Assembly (NCBI GenBank): GCA_963675745.2
Contig: CAXXWX010000023.1
Span: forward strand, 32,001 to 96,000
Source of the DNA: Phycisphaerae bacterium
Lineage (GTDB): Bacteria; Planctomycetota; Phycisphaerae; UBA1845; Fen-1342
DNA: 64,000 nt
Direction: 5' to 3'
Within the stretch, counting starts at the first letter, position 1. Every line of letters starts with the position of its first letter. This document shows positions 1-10,492 of the stretch, in pieces. The notes beneath the pieces were generated by a model. That model did not search any database and was not told where the DNA came from. It worked only from the letters and a program-made list of their open reading frames with translations. Made by a program: the position numbers and the translations under genes.

Positions 1-1
1 C

Positions 2-1306
2 GTTCTGGCAAGCGATCCCACACTCGAACCGGTCGAGCCGGCTGACCAAACCTGGATTGCCGGCGCAAGTCTGCCCGCGTTCCATGGAATGGGTTTCGAA
101 CAAACCACGCGGACCATCTCGGACCGTGGTGACCGGGCCGGCTGCCCGGACGAGGGCTTTGCCTCCCGAGCCTACGCCCGCGACAGCGGAAATGACTGGC
201 CCTGGCTGCCGGCCAACACGCTCGTCGCCGACGACCTGACGCTCGAAGCCGGTGACTGGGTCATCGGTTGTTATGACGTGCTGATCTATGCCGACAACGA
301 CGCCGCCTACGGCTGCAACGTCAGCCGCACGGTCACTGTGCGGGCTTACGATGCGTGCAACGGCAACCTCATCCCCGGCTCACAGGAGAGCTGGTCCGTA
401 CCGCCGCACGGCGGACCGGTGCTGCTGACGGGCGTGACGAACATCGACTTTCCAGCGTCGGGCACGATCTGGTTCGGCCTGACCACCAGCATCGACAAGT
501 GCGACGGCTGGTATCTCGGCCAGACGCAGTACGAAGGCTCGACGACCAACGTCTTTCAGCTTGCTACGGACTGCGGGGCCTGCATCAATCCACCGACGTG
601 CAGTCCCTGGTCCGGGTTCATCGCGGTGCTCTATGGCTGCACGTTGCCGACGTTCAGCAGCCAGCCGGCCGACGCCGATATCTGCACCGGCGGCTGGCAC
701 CAGTTCTGCGTCAATGTCAACGGCAGCGGGACGATTGACTACCAGTGGCAGTTGAACGAGGGTGACATAACCGGGGCGACATCGCCGTGTTACGTCGCGA
801 CGCAGGCCGGTTCGTACCGGTGCGTCGTGACCGACGACTGCGGCACCTCGATCAGCAACAGCGCTACGCTGACGCTGAAGACCGGGCCGACGATTACCGG
901 GCAACCTGTCGGCGGAACGGCCTGCGCCACTCATCCGCACGAACTTTGCGCAGCGGCCGACGCGATCGGGGAACTGCACTATCAGTGGAAACGCAACGGC
1001 CTGACGATCATCGGCGCAACCTCGGCGTGCTATCAGGCCGGCGACCCCGGGGCCTATACCTGCGTGCTGACCGATGACTGCGGCTCGACGACCAGCGACG
1101 TCGCCGATGTGCTGGTGGCCACGCCCGACACCGGTGATTTTGACGGGAACGGTCAAGCCGATTGGGCGGACTGGAATCTGCTGAGCGATTGCATGAGCGG
1201 GCCGCAGTCCGCCGTGGCGCCGGGTTGCGAGTGTACCGACGCCGACAGCGATCTCGACGCCGACGTGCCGGACTTCGCGGTCCTGCAAGCGGGCTTCGAC
1301 AGCTGA
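2..1306 (+). CDS. Secreted protein (5' end outside window) with two Ig-like domains and a C-terminal dockerin-like tail
   Basis: Frame is open from position 2. Two Ig-like repeats (P-x-I/F-xx-QP...YQW..NG/EG..I.GAT..CY...G.Y.C...DDCG). Tail GDFDGNG..D..D...CMSGP...CECTDADSDLDADVPDF..LQ. Confidence 0.7.
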   Translation, partial: VLASDPTLEPVEPADQTWIAGASLPAFHGMGFEQTTRTISDRGDRAGCPDEGFASRAYARDSGNDWPWLPANTLVADDLTLEAGDWVIGCYDVLIYADNDAAYGCNVSRTVTVRAYDACNGNLIPGSQESWSVPPHGGPVLLTGVTNIDFPASGTIWFGLTTSIDKCDGWYLGQTQYEGSTTNVFQLATDCGACINPPTCSPWSGFIAVLYGCTLPTFSSQPADADICTGGWHQFCVNVNGSGTIDYQWQLNEGDITGATSPCYVATQAGSYRCVVTDDCGTSISNSATLTLKTGPTITGQPVGGTACATHPHELCAAADAIGELHYQWKRNGLTIIGATSACYQAGDPGAYTCVLTDDCGSTTSDVADVLVATPDTGDFDGNGQADWADWNLLSDCMSGPQSAVAPGCECTDADSDLDADVPDFAVLQAGFDS

Positions 1307-1337
1307 CGCGACAAGTGCGGAGCGGGAGAGACTAAAC

Positions 1338-3284
1338 ATGAGCGCTAACGTTCTTGCAGCGGTGTGCCACGGCTCTGTGAGCCGTGTTTCTCTCAGCGCA
1401 ACGCAGCACGGCTCACAGAGCCGTGGCACACGCCGACTTTTGCTGGACAGTGCGACACGTGGCACACGCGTGCTTGCAGCCCTGCTGGCGGTCGCCGTTG
1501 TGGCGCCGGTGGCCCGCGCCCAATGCGAAGCCGACTGGGATACGTCGGTCGGCAACTCCGGCCTCAATTCGACCGTGTGGAGTCTGCACGCGGTGAACGA
1601 CGCCTCGGCCATCGGCCCGGCACTCTACGCCGGCGGCCAGTTCAGTTCTGCCGGCGGCACGGCGGCGAAGAACATCGCCATGTGGGACGGCAGCTCGTGG
1701 TCACCGCTGGGCACCGGTGCCGAGAACGGCGGCGTGGTGTACGCGATGGCCGCCAAGGACGGAGTGTTGTACGCCGGCGGCGCGTTCGGGAACATGGGCG
1801 GCCTCGCCGGCACCAAGCGCATCGCCAAGTGGGACGGCAGCACCTGGTCGGACGTCGGCGGCGGCATGGCCGACAACAACGCCGGCATCCGCGCCATGGT
1901 CTTCTGGGACGACGATCTTTACGTCGGCGGCTACCTCAATGAAATCGGCGGCGTCACCGCTCATAAGCTCGCCAAGTGGGACGGCGCCGCCTGGTCCGCA
2001 CTGACCGGCGACCCGCTCGGCAGCACCGACGTCGTCGACGCGCTGGCCGTGTGTGACGATGGCAGCGGCACGGCGCTGTACGTCGGCGGCGAGTTCGCCA
2101 GCGCCGGCGGCGACGCCTATGCCGCCAACGTCTTCCGCTGGGACGGCACGAGCGTCAGGCCGCTCGGCCGCGGCACCAACGACCATGTCGAAGCCCTGGT
2201 CGCCTGGAACGGCGATCTGTACGTCGGCGGCCACTTCAACCGCGTTTACCAAACCGACGGCACCGAGGTCGTCGCCAACAAGATCGCCCGCTGGGACGGC
2301 ACGAGTTGGCATGCGCTCGGCACCGGTTTGAACTCCGTCTCGTCGTATCACGTCTGGGCCTTAGGTGTGTTCGATGACGGCGCCGGCGAGGCGCTGTACG
2401 CCGGCGGGAGCTTCACAACCGCCGGCGGCGTGACCGTGCGAAACCTGGCCCTTTGGGACGGCGCCTGGCACAACGTCGATTCGGCCGACTTGAACGGATA
2501 TGTCTACGCGTTGAGCACGTCCACTTACGACGGCGGGCTGTACGCCGGCGGCACGTTCACTACGTCGGGCACGCCCAGCGCCAGCCGGATCGTCCGCTGG
2601 GGCGGGCCGCTGCCGGTTTCGCCTATCAACGTGGACGCCGATCCGAACACGATTACCGAGGGCGAGTCGTCCACGCTGTCGGCCTCGGTCGCCGGCGCGA
2701 CAATCTACTGGTACACCGACGGCTGCGGCCAGACGCTGGTCGGCACCGGCGACGTGCTGGTCGTCAACCCGGCTGAGACGACCACCTACTACGCGCAGGC
2801 TCACGACGGCACCTGCTGGAGCTACGCTCGTGACGCGGTCACGGTCACGGTGCTCTGCGCCACGCCGACGATCACGACGCAGCCGATCGGCGGCGTTTTC
2901 TGCACCGGCCACGACCACGAGCTCTGCGTCACGGCTGAGGGCAGCGGCGAATTGCACTACCAGTGGAAGCGCAACGGCCTGGCCCTGATCGGCGCGACGG
3001 CGTCCTGCTATGCCGCCAGTCAGGCCGGCACGTATTCATGCACCGTGAGCGACGATTGCGGGCCAACCGACAGTGACACCGCCCAGGTCGCCGAGGCATC
3101 ACCGGATGCGGGTGACTTCGACGGCGACAGCGACACCGACTTCGCCGACTTCGGCCAACTCACAGACTGCCTCGAAGGCCCGAATAGCGGCGTCGCCGCA
3201 GGCTGCGAATGCGTCGACGTTAACACCGACGGCCAGATCGACGTCACCGACTTCGCGGAATTGCAGCCACTGTTCACCGGCTGA
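1338..3284 (+). CDS. Secreted beta-propeller-repeat protein with Ig-like domains and a dockerin-like tail
   Basis: RBS GGAGAG upstream; signal peptide ends AVVAPVARA-Q; about 6 LY(A/V)GGxF...WDGxxW repeats; C-terminal Ig plus GDFDGD..CLEGP..DVNTDGQID module closely resembles that of the upstream gene. Confidence 0.75.
   Translation: MSANVLAAVCHGSVSRVSLSATQHGSQSRGTRRLLLDSATRGTRVLAALLAVAVVAPVARAQCEADWDTSVGNSGLNSTVWSLHAVNDASAIGPALYAGGQFSSAGGTAAKNIAMWDGSSWSPLGTGAENGGVVYAMAAKDGVLYAGGAFGNMGGLAGTKRIAKWDGSTWSDVGGGMADNNAGIRAMVFWDDDLYVGGYLNEIGGVTAHKLAKWDGAAWSALTGDPLGSTDVVDALAVCDDGSGTALYVGGEFASAGGDAYAANVFRWDGTSVRPLGRGTNDHVEALVAWNGDLYVGGHFNRVYQTDGTEVVANKIARWDGTSWHALGTGLNSVSSYHVWALGVFDDGAGEALYAGGSFTTAGGVTVRNLALWDGAWHNVDSADLNGYVYALSTSTYDGGLYAGGTFTTSGTPSASRIVRWGGPLPVSPINVDADPNTITEGESSTLSASVAGATIYWYTDGCGQTLVGTGDVLVVNPAETTTYYAQAHDGTCWSYARDAVTVTVLCATPTITTQPIGGVFCTGHDHELCVTAEGSGELHYQWKRNGLALIGATASCYAASQAGTYSCTVSDDCGPTDSDTAQVAEASPDAGDFDGDSDTDFADFGQLTDCLEGPNSGVAAGCECVDVNTDGQIDVTDFAELQPLFTG
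1353..1480. repeat. REP-like palindrome pair inserted in frame in the 5' end of the CDS
   Basis: gtgtgccacggctctgtgagccgtg (1362-1386) and its reverse complement cacggctcacagagccgtggcacac (1407-1431), bracketed by cttgcagc at 1353-1360 and 1473-1480. Confidence 0.75.
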
Positions 3285-3347
3285 GATAGTGACAGGAAAC
3301 GCCCGTTCCCACGGGAGATCACACGCAGGGGCACGTGGGCGGCCGCG

Positions 3348-4433
3348 TCAATACACGCATTCGTGGGCGGCGGCGGCGTAGTGGTGCAGGTTTTCTTCGG
3401 GCGTCTCGAAGAAGTGATCGCTCGGCGACATGATGTAGCCGCCGCCCGGGCCGTATTGCTCGAAAAGGGTGAACACTTCCGCGCGGATCTCGTCGCGCGT
3501 GCCGATGTCGAGTACCTGGAACTGGTTTATGCCCCCGATCAGGCAGACCCGCCCGCCAATACGCTGCTTGATCTCGGCCGGGCGCGCGTCGCCGCCCATG
3601 CTTGGCGGCGTCAGCGTTTCACTGGCGTCGCAGCCGTTCTCGACAATCTGATCGAGGATCGGCATCATCCCGCCGCAGGTGTGATACACGACCGGCAGGC
3701 CGACCGCGTGGAGCGCGTCGTGTTGCTCGCGGTCGTATGGCAGGCAGAACTCTCTGTGCAGCTTCGGCGACACGCACGTGCTCGAACCGGCGCCGCCGCC
3801 GGTCTCGATCAGGTCATAGCGGGTATCGGCCAGCGACTGCTCGATGAACTGGAGCTTCTGTTTCTGGAGCACGCGCAGAAACCGGTGTACCCAATCGGGG
3901 TCACGGCGGGCGGCGAGGATCAGGTTTTGCATGCCGTACAACTCGCAGGCGTCCTGCCAGCAGCCGCCCTGAATGCCGGGAACAAAGCCGCGCAGGATGC
4001 CCGCGTCACCAAGCTCGTCATAAGCCACCCGCACCCGCCGCTTGTCCAATAGCGGCACCGGCCGGTACTTGTCGAGCAAGTCGATATCGTCGGGGCGTTT
4101 GATGAGATGTTCGGTGATCCAGGCGGTCGGGGGCCGCTGCTCGGCGGTCGTGGAGAGCGTGCCGCCGGGCGTGTGAACGATGGTCTGGCGCACAGCGTGG
4201 CCGCCGGGGCTGGTGCTCGCGCGCGTCTCCACGCGCCAGTCGGGCGCTGGGCGCTCGATCAGCGGGCAGCACGGAATTGCGGCGTCGAGGCCGAAGTGCT
4301 TAAACGCCGCCAGCGCCGACATGCCGTGCAGGTGGGTGTTCAGATGGTAATCCTGCCACTGGTGGACCGAGGCGGGCACACGATCGGGTTTCTCACGCCG
4401 TAAGGCCGTTAGCATGCGCTGTTTGCCGGTCAT
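3348..4433 (-). CDS. Uroporphyrinogen decarboxylase family (MtaA/CmuA-like) protein
   Basis: Starts MTGKQRMLTALRREKPDRVP with GGAGAA RBS; contains YHTCGG, LIGGINQ and GGGYIMSPSD motifs. Confidence 0.8.
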   Translation of the reverse strand: MTGKQRMLTALRREKPDRVPASVHQWQDYHLNTHLHGMSALAAFKHFGLDAAIPCCPLIERPAPDWRVETRASTSPGGHAVRQTIVHTPGGTLSTTAEQRPPTAWITEHLIKRPDDIDLLDKYRPVPLLDKRRVRVAYDELGDAGILRGFVPGIQGGCWQDACELYGMQNLILAARRDPDWVHRFLRVLQKQKLQFIEQSLADTRYDLIETGGGAGSSTCVSPKLHREFCLPYDREQHDALHAVGLPVVYHTCGGMMPILDQIVENGCDASETLTPPSMGGDARPAEIKQRIGGRVCLIGGINQFQVLDIGTRDEIRAEVFTLFEQYGPGGGYIMSPSDHFFETPEENLHHYAAAAHECVY

Positions 4434-4602
4434 CCGCCGCTTCTCCATGGGCCGTCGCAACGTGGGCGTTCGCCGAATCGGCATCATAGCGAATCGGCGT
4501 GTTCCCGACCGTTTGCCGCGAACACTGATCCGTCGATACAATGCCGCCGGGCTGCGGGTACGGCTTGAGTATGTGGCGGCTGACCGGGAATCGGAGTATG
4601 GC

Positions 4603-7600
4603 GTGACGATACGGCGGACAATCGACCTGACCGGTGACGGTTGGCGTCTGTGGCGCGACACCGAGGCCGAGTGGGAGCATGACACGCTCTACCTTCCTCC
4701 CGTCGACCAGGAGATCCTGCCTGTGCGCCCGCCATCGGGCGGTTGGGCCGCGCTCGACGAGATCGGCACGGACGTGCATGTGCCGGGCACCGTCGAGGAA
4801 CACCACTGGCGTGAAGACGGCGATTGCCGCGGCGTGAGCTGGTGGTGGCGCACGATCAGCCTGCCCGCCGACATCGCCGGCGCGCGCGTGCTGCTCCAAT
4901 TTGACTCCGTTCGCCTGCGGGCCGAGGTGTTCCTCGATCAGCGGCTCGTCGGATACGACGTGATCGGTAACACGCCCTTCGAGATCGACCTGACGGGACA
5001 GGTCGAACCCGGGGCCGCGTGCCAACTCGCCATCCGCATCACCAATCCCGGCGGCAAATTCACCTGGGAAGACAACAAGGTCATCCGCTGGGGTGACTAT
5101 TCGTTTCCCGCCTGCCACGGGTTTGGCGGCATCACCGGCGGCGTACGCCTGGTGATTGTCGACCCCGTGCACGTGAAGGACGTGTTCGTCCGCAACACGC
5201 CTACCCCCACGGATATCGATGTCGATTGCACACTTCTGAATTCGAGCGACGTCACCAGCCGGCAGGACGTGCGTATTCAGATCATACCGCTCACCGAACC
5301 CGCGCGGCCGGTTTACGATCAGACGCTGAGCGCGACGGTGCTCGTGCCCGGTGAGCAGGTGATCACGCAGTCGATCTCGGTCCGCGACGCGCACCTCTGG
5401 AGTCCTGACCGGCCCAACCTCTACATATGCCGCATCACGCTCTCCAACGGCGACGTACACGACACGCGCTTTGGCTTTCGCTGGTTCGCCGTGCAGGGCA
5501 TCGGTGAAAAGGCGGTGTTTCGTCTGAACGGCAAGCGCATCGTGCTGCGCACCGCGATCAGTTGGGGATTCTGGCCGGGCAACGGCATCTTCCCGACCCC
5601 GGCAGGGGCCGAGCGCCAGGTGCGGTTGGCCAAGCGTTTTGGGCTGAACATGCTCAGCTTTCACCGCTGCATCGGCCAACCGGCGGTGCTCGATCGCGCC
5701 GATGAGCTGGGCCTGCTGCTTTATGAAGAGCCCGGCGGGTATACGGCCGATGGCGGTGACACATTCTGCTTTGCCTGGGCGCGCGAGAAGCTGCTGCGCA
5801 TGGTCAAGCGCGACCGCAATCATCCCGCGTTGGTGATCTACAACCTGATCAACGAGGAGACCTGCGATCCCGCCGTTCGCCATAAGAGCGACATGCGCGC
5901 TGTGCACGCGCTCGATCCCACGCGCGCGCTGACGTACACGTCGAGCTGGCACTCAGACGGCCACGATGCCAAAAAGCTGCACATGCTGCCGTACGATGAC
6001 CAGCAGCACACGCTGGGCTGGAGCGACTACCACCATGCCGCCGGCCCCGGCACCTACCGCGACGAGTTCTACAACGGTCCGAGCGACTATCGACTGTACT
6101 GCGAAAACAGGGGTGAGATCGTCTTCCGCGGCGAAGAAGGCGCCATCGGCGTGCCGCCGCGCCTGGAACTGATCGCCCGAGCGCTTGAGAACGCGCCCGA
6201 CGGCTGGGATGGTGCCGCGTATCGCCGGTGGTACCAGGCCTTCGCCGACTACCTCGACAAGAAGAAGCTGCGCGAGTGCTTCCCCACGGTGGACGCGCTG
6301 ACGCAGAGCCTGGGCAACATCGCGTATTACTATCACGGCCGCATGATCGAAAACGCGCGCATCGGCAACAACACCGATGCGTACACCATCAACGGCTGGG
6401 AGTCGGAGAAGATCGAGAACCACTCCGGCATCGTCGATTGCTTCCGCAACCCCAAGGGCAACCCGCAACTGCTGGCGTATTACAACCAGCCGCTCTATGT
6501 CGCGGTCAAGCTGCGCACCAAGATCACGCACGCGCCGGCCAGCGTGGTCGCCGACTTTCATATCGTCAACGAAGTGAATCTCCACGGGCCGCACACCCTC
6601 TCGGTCTGGCTTGAAGACGCCGCCCATGCCCAGCTCTGGATGCAGGATTACCCCGTCAACGTCAGCGGCGGCGACACCTACGGCGAACTGCTCGCCGAAC
6701 GCATTCAAATCAGCGTGACCGCGGGGCCCGGCACCTGCACGGTGGCCGCCGAGCTGCGCGACAGCCACGGGCGCGTGGTGGCCGTGGGCCGCGATACGCT
6801 GCTGGTCGTGGATTGGCGCGGCGTGCGGGTACCGATCGGCGGGGCCCTGCTCGACAGCAGCGGTCAACTCGACACGTTTCTGGTCCGCAATAAAGACGCC
6901 GAGTTGCTGCGCTATAACCGCAAGTTGGCCCCACTGAGTTACGTCGTGGTCGGAGACTTCAACCCGATCCCGCGCGATCGGATTCCCGCCGAGTGTTTCA
7001 CAACCAAGGACGGCAAACACACGGGCCTCTCGGGCCAGTATTACCACAAAACCGACCTCACCAAGCCCAGCGCGCGGCGTGTTGATGCCGACATCCACAT
7101 CGACGCCGTCGTGCAGGATCCGGCCTCTGTGGTTCCGGGTGTGCCGACCACGGCGAAGGACTTCAGCGTGCGTTGGCAGGGCCTGCTCAAGGCACCGCAG
7201 AGCGGTAACTTCATCTTTCACGCCGAGACCGACGACGGGCTGCGCATGTGGGTCGGTGATCAACTCGTGATTGACGACTGGCGCGAGTACGCCTGGTGGC
7301 ACGAAGACCGGCCGCTGCTCGTACATGGCAAGCGCCTGCGCCTGGAGGAGGGCCAGGTGTACCCGGTCAAGATCGAGTATTGGCAGGCCGGCGGCGAGGG
7401 ACAGCTCAAGCTCTATTGGACCACACCCTCCGACCTGACCGCCACCGGCGCGATCGCACATGATCTGATACGGCGGGTTCACGACGACGGTACCACGCTC
7501 ATAATCCTCGACCACACCTGGTGCTGGGCCCAGTTGCTCGGCGAACTCGGCGCGATCAAGTACCACGGCTGGCTGCACGGTAAACGCCATTGGCTCGGCA

Positions 7601-7947
7601 GCAACTTCTTCGTCCGCGCCCACCCGCTGTTCGCCGACCTGCCCGCCAACAAGGGCATGAGCTGGCGTTATCAGGAGTTTGCCGAGTACGGCGCCAAGCG
7701 CTACGGGCTGATGCTCGAGGATGAAGAGGCGGTGGTTGGGATCGTCTCGGACCACCAGCACGCCGTCGGCACGGCGGTCGGCATCGTTCGTTACGGCCGC
7801 GGGCGCATTGTGCTGTCGACGCTGAATGTCCTGGAGAAGCTCAACGACCCGCGCGGGCCGTGCGAGGTGGTGCGCAAAGTGTTCTGCAATTACCTGGCCT
7901 ACGCCGGCGCGCACGCGCCGTCCGATGCGCAAGACGACACTCAGTAA
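4603..7947 (+). CDS. Glycoside hydrolase family 2 protein with PA14 domain
   Basis: GH2 motifs LWSPDRPNLY, FGFRWF, RDRNHPALVIYNLINE; PA14-like FSVRWQG...TDDGLRMWV...IEYWQAGG..LKLYW; GTG start after GGAG. Confidence 0.85.
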   Translation: MTIRRTIDLTGDGWRLWRDTEAEWEHDTLYLPPVDQEILPVRPPSGGWAALDEIGTDVHVPGTVEEHHWREDGDCRGVSWWWRTISLPADIAGARVLLQFDSVRLRAEVFLDQRLVGYDVIGNTPFEIDLTGQVEPGAACQLAIRITNPGGKFTWEDNKVIRWGDYSFPACHGFGGITGGVRLVIVDPVHVKDVFVRNTPTPTDIDVDCTLLNSSDVTSRQDVRIQIIPLTEPARPVYDQTLSATVLVPGEQVITQSISVRDAHLWSPDRPNLYICRITLSNGDVHDTRFGFRWFAVQGIGEKAVFRLNGKRIVLRTAISWGFWPGNGIFPTPAGAERQVRLAKRFGLNMLSFHRCIGQPAVLDRADELGLLLYEEPGGYTADGGDTFCFAWAREKLLRMVKRDRNHPALVIYNLINEETCDPAVRHKSDMRAVHALDPTRALTYTSSWHSDGHDAKKLHMLPYDDQQHTLGWSDYHHAAGPGTYRDEFYNGPSDYRLYCENRGEIVFRGEEGAIGVPPRLELIARALENAPDGWDGAAYRRWYQAFADYLDKKKLRECFPTVDALTQSLGNIAYYYHGRMIENARIGNNTDAYTINGWESEKIENHSGIVDCFRNPKGNPQLLAYYNQPLYVAVKLRTKITHAPASVVADFHIVNEVNLHGPHTLSVWLEDAAHAQLWMQDYPVNVSGGDTYGELLAERIQISVTAGPGTCTVAAELRDSHGRVVAVGRDTLLVVDWRGVRVPIGGALLDSSGQLDTFLVRNKDAELLRYNRKLAPLSYVVVGDFNPIPRDRIPAECFTTKDGKHTGLSGQYYHKTDLTKPSARRVDADIHIDAVVQDPASVVPGVPTTAKDFSVRWQGLLKAPQSGNFIFHAETDDGLRMWVGDQLVIDDWREYAWWHEDRPLLVHGKRLRLEEGQVYPVKIEYWQAGGEGQLKLYWTTPSDLTATGAIAHDLIRRVHDDGTTLIILDHTWCWAQLLGELGAIKYHGWLHGKRHWLGSNFFVRAHPLFADLPANKGMSWRYQEFAEYGAKRYGLMLEDEEAVVGIVSDHQHAVGTAVGIVRYGRGRIVLSTLNVLEKLNDPRGPCEVVRKVFCNYLAYAGAHAPSDAQDDTQ

Positions 7948-7973
7948 GAGGCCACGGTGCGGCGCGCCGCATC

Positions 7974-9035
7974 CTACGGAGACGGCGCGGGCTGTGACGT
8001 TGGTGTGTCGGGCTGGAGCGCGGCCGGGAGGTAGTCCGTCAGCGGCCGAATGGTGGCTACCATCCTCAGCGTGGCCTTCAAATAGGCGAACGACAGAGTC
8101 TGGTCGGTGGTCAATACTTCAGCCGAGATAAGCAGGATTATGTCCGGAGTCGGGGCGGCCACGACGTACTGTTGGCCCTTCTTCTCGGTTTCCCCCTGCT
8201 TGCCCGTGCGCGGGACTGTCAGCAGCTTTGTGGCCATCGCTTTGATGCCACAGCGCACCGGCTGAAACTCCGGTGGCGTCTCGAGCTTGTTGGCCTTGGC
8301 GATACCCGCCGCGAAATTCTTGACGTGCTCCTCAAAGGCGAGCTCACCCGGATGCCGGATGATGTTGACGCCGAGCAGATACTCAGGCTTGTTTGTGACG
8401 TAGTTACGAATCTCGAACCTGAGCTGCTGCGATGGACTGGGTGACTTCATCCGACGCAGCGGCGCAACCGTCACAAACCCCACCTTTGCCTCTGGAACCG
8501 GCGTGACTTCGGCCCGCAGCTTCAAGAACTCGTGTGGCGGCTGGGGCTCGCCCAGACGCACACTCTCGGCAAAACGATTGAAGAGCGCGTCGCGCTGGAC
8601 CAGACCACTGGTGCGCTTGCGGGCCACGATAAAATAGCGGCCGTGCTGCGCGATCAACCAGTCGTCGTGCAGTTTGTCCGTCATAGGGGCTGACAACTGC
8701 TTTGTGGGCAGGCCGGCGAGCTTGACATCCGAGTCACTCGCCTTGGTATCGAACTTGCGTTCGAGATCCTCAATCGCCGTGTCGAGATCACCCCGCCGAA
8801 TGGGCAGAACCTCTATCATGAAGATCGAGTCGATCTTCCTGGCATCCTCCAGACCTTCCGGGTTCGCCCAGCGGCACACCTCGGATTCGTTTTGCTCGAG
8901 GACGCTGATCCAACCTTCCGGCGGCGTTGCAGCCACGCCGAAATAAGGGTAACTGACTTCCTCGGCCGCCTGAAGCAGCGTCGCGCCGCCACACAACCAA
9001 CCCGCCATGAGAACAACTGCCAGCCTCTGCCACAT
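7974..9035 (-). CDS. Hypothetical secreted protein
   Basis: GGAGGAG RBS; signal peptide MWQRLAVVLMAGWLCGGATLLQA; no recognisable family. Confidence 0.6.
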   Translation of the reverse strand: MWQRLAVVLMAGWLCGGATLLQAAEEVSYPYFGVAATPPEGWISVLEQNESEVCRWANPEGLEDARKIDSIFMIEVLPIRRGDLDTAIEDLERKFDTKASDSDVKLAGLPTKQLSAPMTDKLHDDWLIAQHGRYFIVARKRTSGLVQRDALFNRFAESVRLGEPQPPHEFLKLRAEVTPVPEAKVGFVTVAPLRRMKSPSPSQQLRFEIRNYVTNKPEYLLGVNIIRHPGELAFEEHVKNFAAGIAKANKLETPPEFQPVRCGIKAMATKLLTVPRTGKQGETEKKGQQYVVAAPTPDIILLISAEVLTTDQTLSFAYLKATLRMVATIRPLTDYLPAALQPDTPTSQPAPSP

Positions 9036-9199
9036 TCGTGTAGCTCCTCCAATCAGGTTCGCGCGCCGGCCACAGCGGCATGTCACGGCAGCGCCCGCAT
9101 GGAAGGTTAACAGCAACCTCGCCACAGCGACAGCGCCGACGCCGTCGCCAGACCGTTCGTTCGATGTCCGATCGGGCAATTATCAGTACACTATCGCGC

Positions 9200-10162
9200 A
9201 TGTGCGAGCTGATGTTAACCACCTGGTCATGGGGCACGCTGGCGAATGCAGCCGGCATGCCAATCCTGACGGCCGGCGGCGACGCGCTTGATGCGGTCGT
9301 AGCGGGCGCCACAGCGGTCGAAGACGAGGAATCGGTGGATTCGGTCGGCGTCGGCGGGATGCCCGACTTTGAGGGACACGTATCACTGGATGCGTGTGTC
9401 ATGACGGCTCCACACCGTTGCGGCGCCGTCGCCGGCATCCGCGGTTATCCCCACCCGACGGCGATCGCCCGGCGCGTGATGGAGCGAACCAACCATATTC
9501 TGCTGGTAGGTGACGGGGCCGCGCAATTCGCCACCCGCGAGGGCTTCGAGCAGCGCGAGCTATTGACGGAGCCAACCCGCGCGAAATGGCAGGCCTGGCG
9601 CGCGCACCTGGACGCCGCCGGTTATCCGCCATACAGCGGCTGGCACCCGCCCCGCAACGTCGAGGAGCCAGACAAGTTCCCCGCGCCGCCATCGGCGAAA
9701 AGGGGTGAGCCACCGACGCACGACACCGTCGGGCTGCTGGCCCGCGACAGCGCCGGCACGCTCGCCGGGGCCTGTTCGACCAGCGGCATGGCCCTGAAAG
9801 TGCCGGGGCGCGTCGGCGACTCGCCGATCCTCGGCCACGGCCTGTACGTGGACCAGCGCGTCGGCGCCGCCGTCGCCACCGGCAATGGCGAGCTCATCAT
9901 GGGCGTCTGCGCGGCTTTTCTCGCCGTCGAGCTCATGAGGCGGGATTCTGCGCCGGAGGATGCCTGCGTCGGCGTATTACGACGCGTCGCGGAGTGCTAC
10001 GAATTGCGCGGCGACGAACAGGTCGCCCTGATCGCGATTGCATCCGCCGCCAACGGAGGCCACTGGGCCGGCGCGGCGTTGCGCCCCGGGTTCAGTTATG
10101 TGGTTTCGGATGCAAGCGGAACCCGCCGCGCCGATCCGCACTTCGTGCTACTGCCCGACTGA
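9200..10162 (+). CDS. N(4)-(beta-N-acetylglucosaminyl)-L-asparaginase / isoaspartyl peptidase (Ntn hydrolase)
   Basis: SVGVGGMPD, LDACVM, HDTVG (autocleavage Thr), STSG, GRVGDSP, ATGNGE motifs. Confidence 0.9.
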   Translation: MCELMLTTWSWGTLANAAGMPILTAGGDALDAVVAGATAVEDEESVDSVGVGGMPDFEGHVSLDACVMTAPHRCGAVAGIRGYPHPTAIARRVMERTNHILLVGDGAAQFATREGFEQRELLTEPTRAKWQAWRAHLDAAGYPPYSGWHPPRNVEEPDKFPAPPSAKRGEPPTHDTVGLLARDSAGTLAGACSTSGMALKVPGRVGDSPILGHGLYVDQRVGAAVATGNGELIMGVCAAFLAVELMRRDSAPEDACVGVLRRVAECYELRGDEQVALIAIASAANGGHWAGAALRPGFSYVVSDASGTRRADPHFVLLPD

Positions 10163-10492
10163 ATCATGCTCATGCGGTTTCGTGGGTTTCTTTCGCGCGC
10201 GCCAGTCGCTGATCAGCAGCCAGAGCATCACGGCGACGCACGCGGCCTTCCAGACCAGCAGCCACCACGGACGCCACCACGCGCCGGTCCCCGCCTCGAC
10301 GATGTCAGACAAACCGAAGGCGAAAAATGTCGCGGCACCTATCCAGCAGCGCCGGCGCGCCGCCCCGGTCTGGCGGAATGCGAAGTACGCCAGCGCCAGC
10401 GCGATCAGCCACCAGACCAGCGCCTCGACATTGTTCCCCTGTCGGTGAATGTCAGCGCCGAGCAGAAGCAGCCCGGCGTGGCTATTGATCAC
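10148..10492 (-). CDS. Small hypothetical membrane protein
   Basis: Overlaps the gmhA stop by 4 nt; several hydrophobic segments; FGLSDIVE..TGAWWRPWWLLVWK. Confidence 0.6.
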   Translation of the reverse strand: MINSHAGLLLLGADIHRQGNNVEALVWWLIALALAYFAFRQTGAARRRCWIGAATFFAFGLSDIVEAGTGAWWRPWWLLVWKAACVAVMLWLLISDWRARKKPTKPHEHDSVGQ

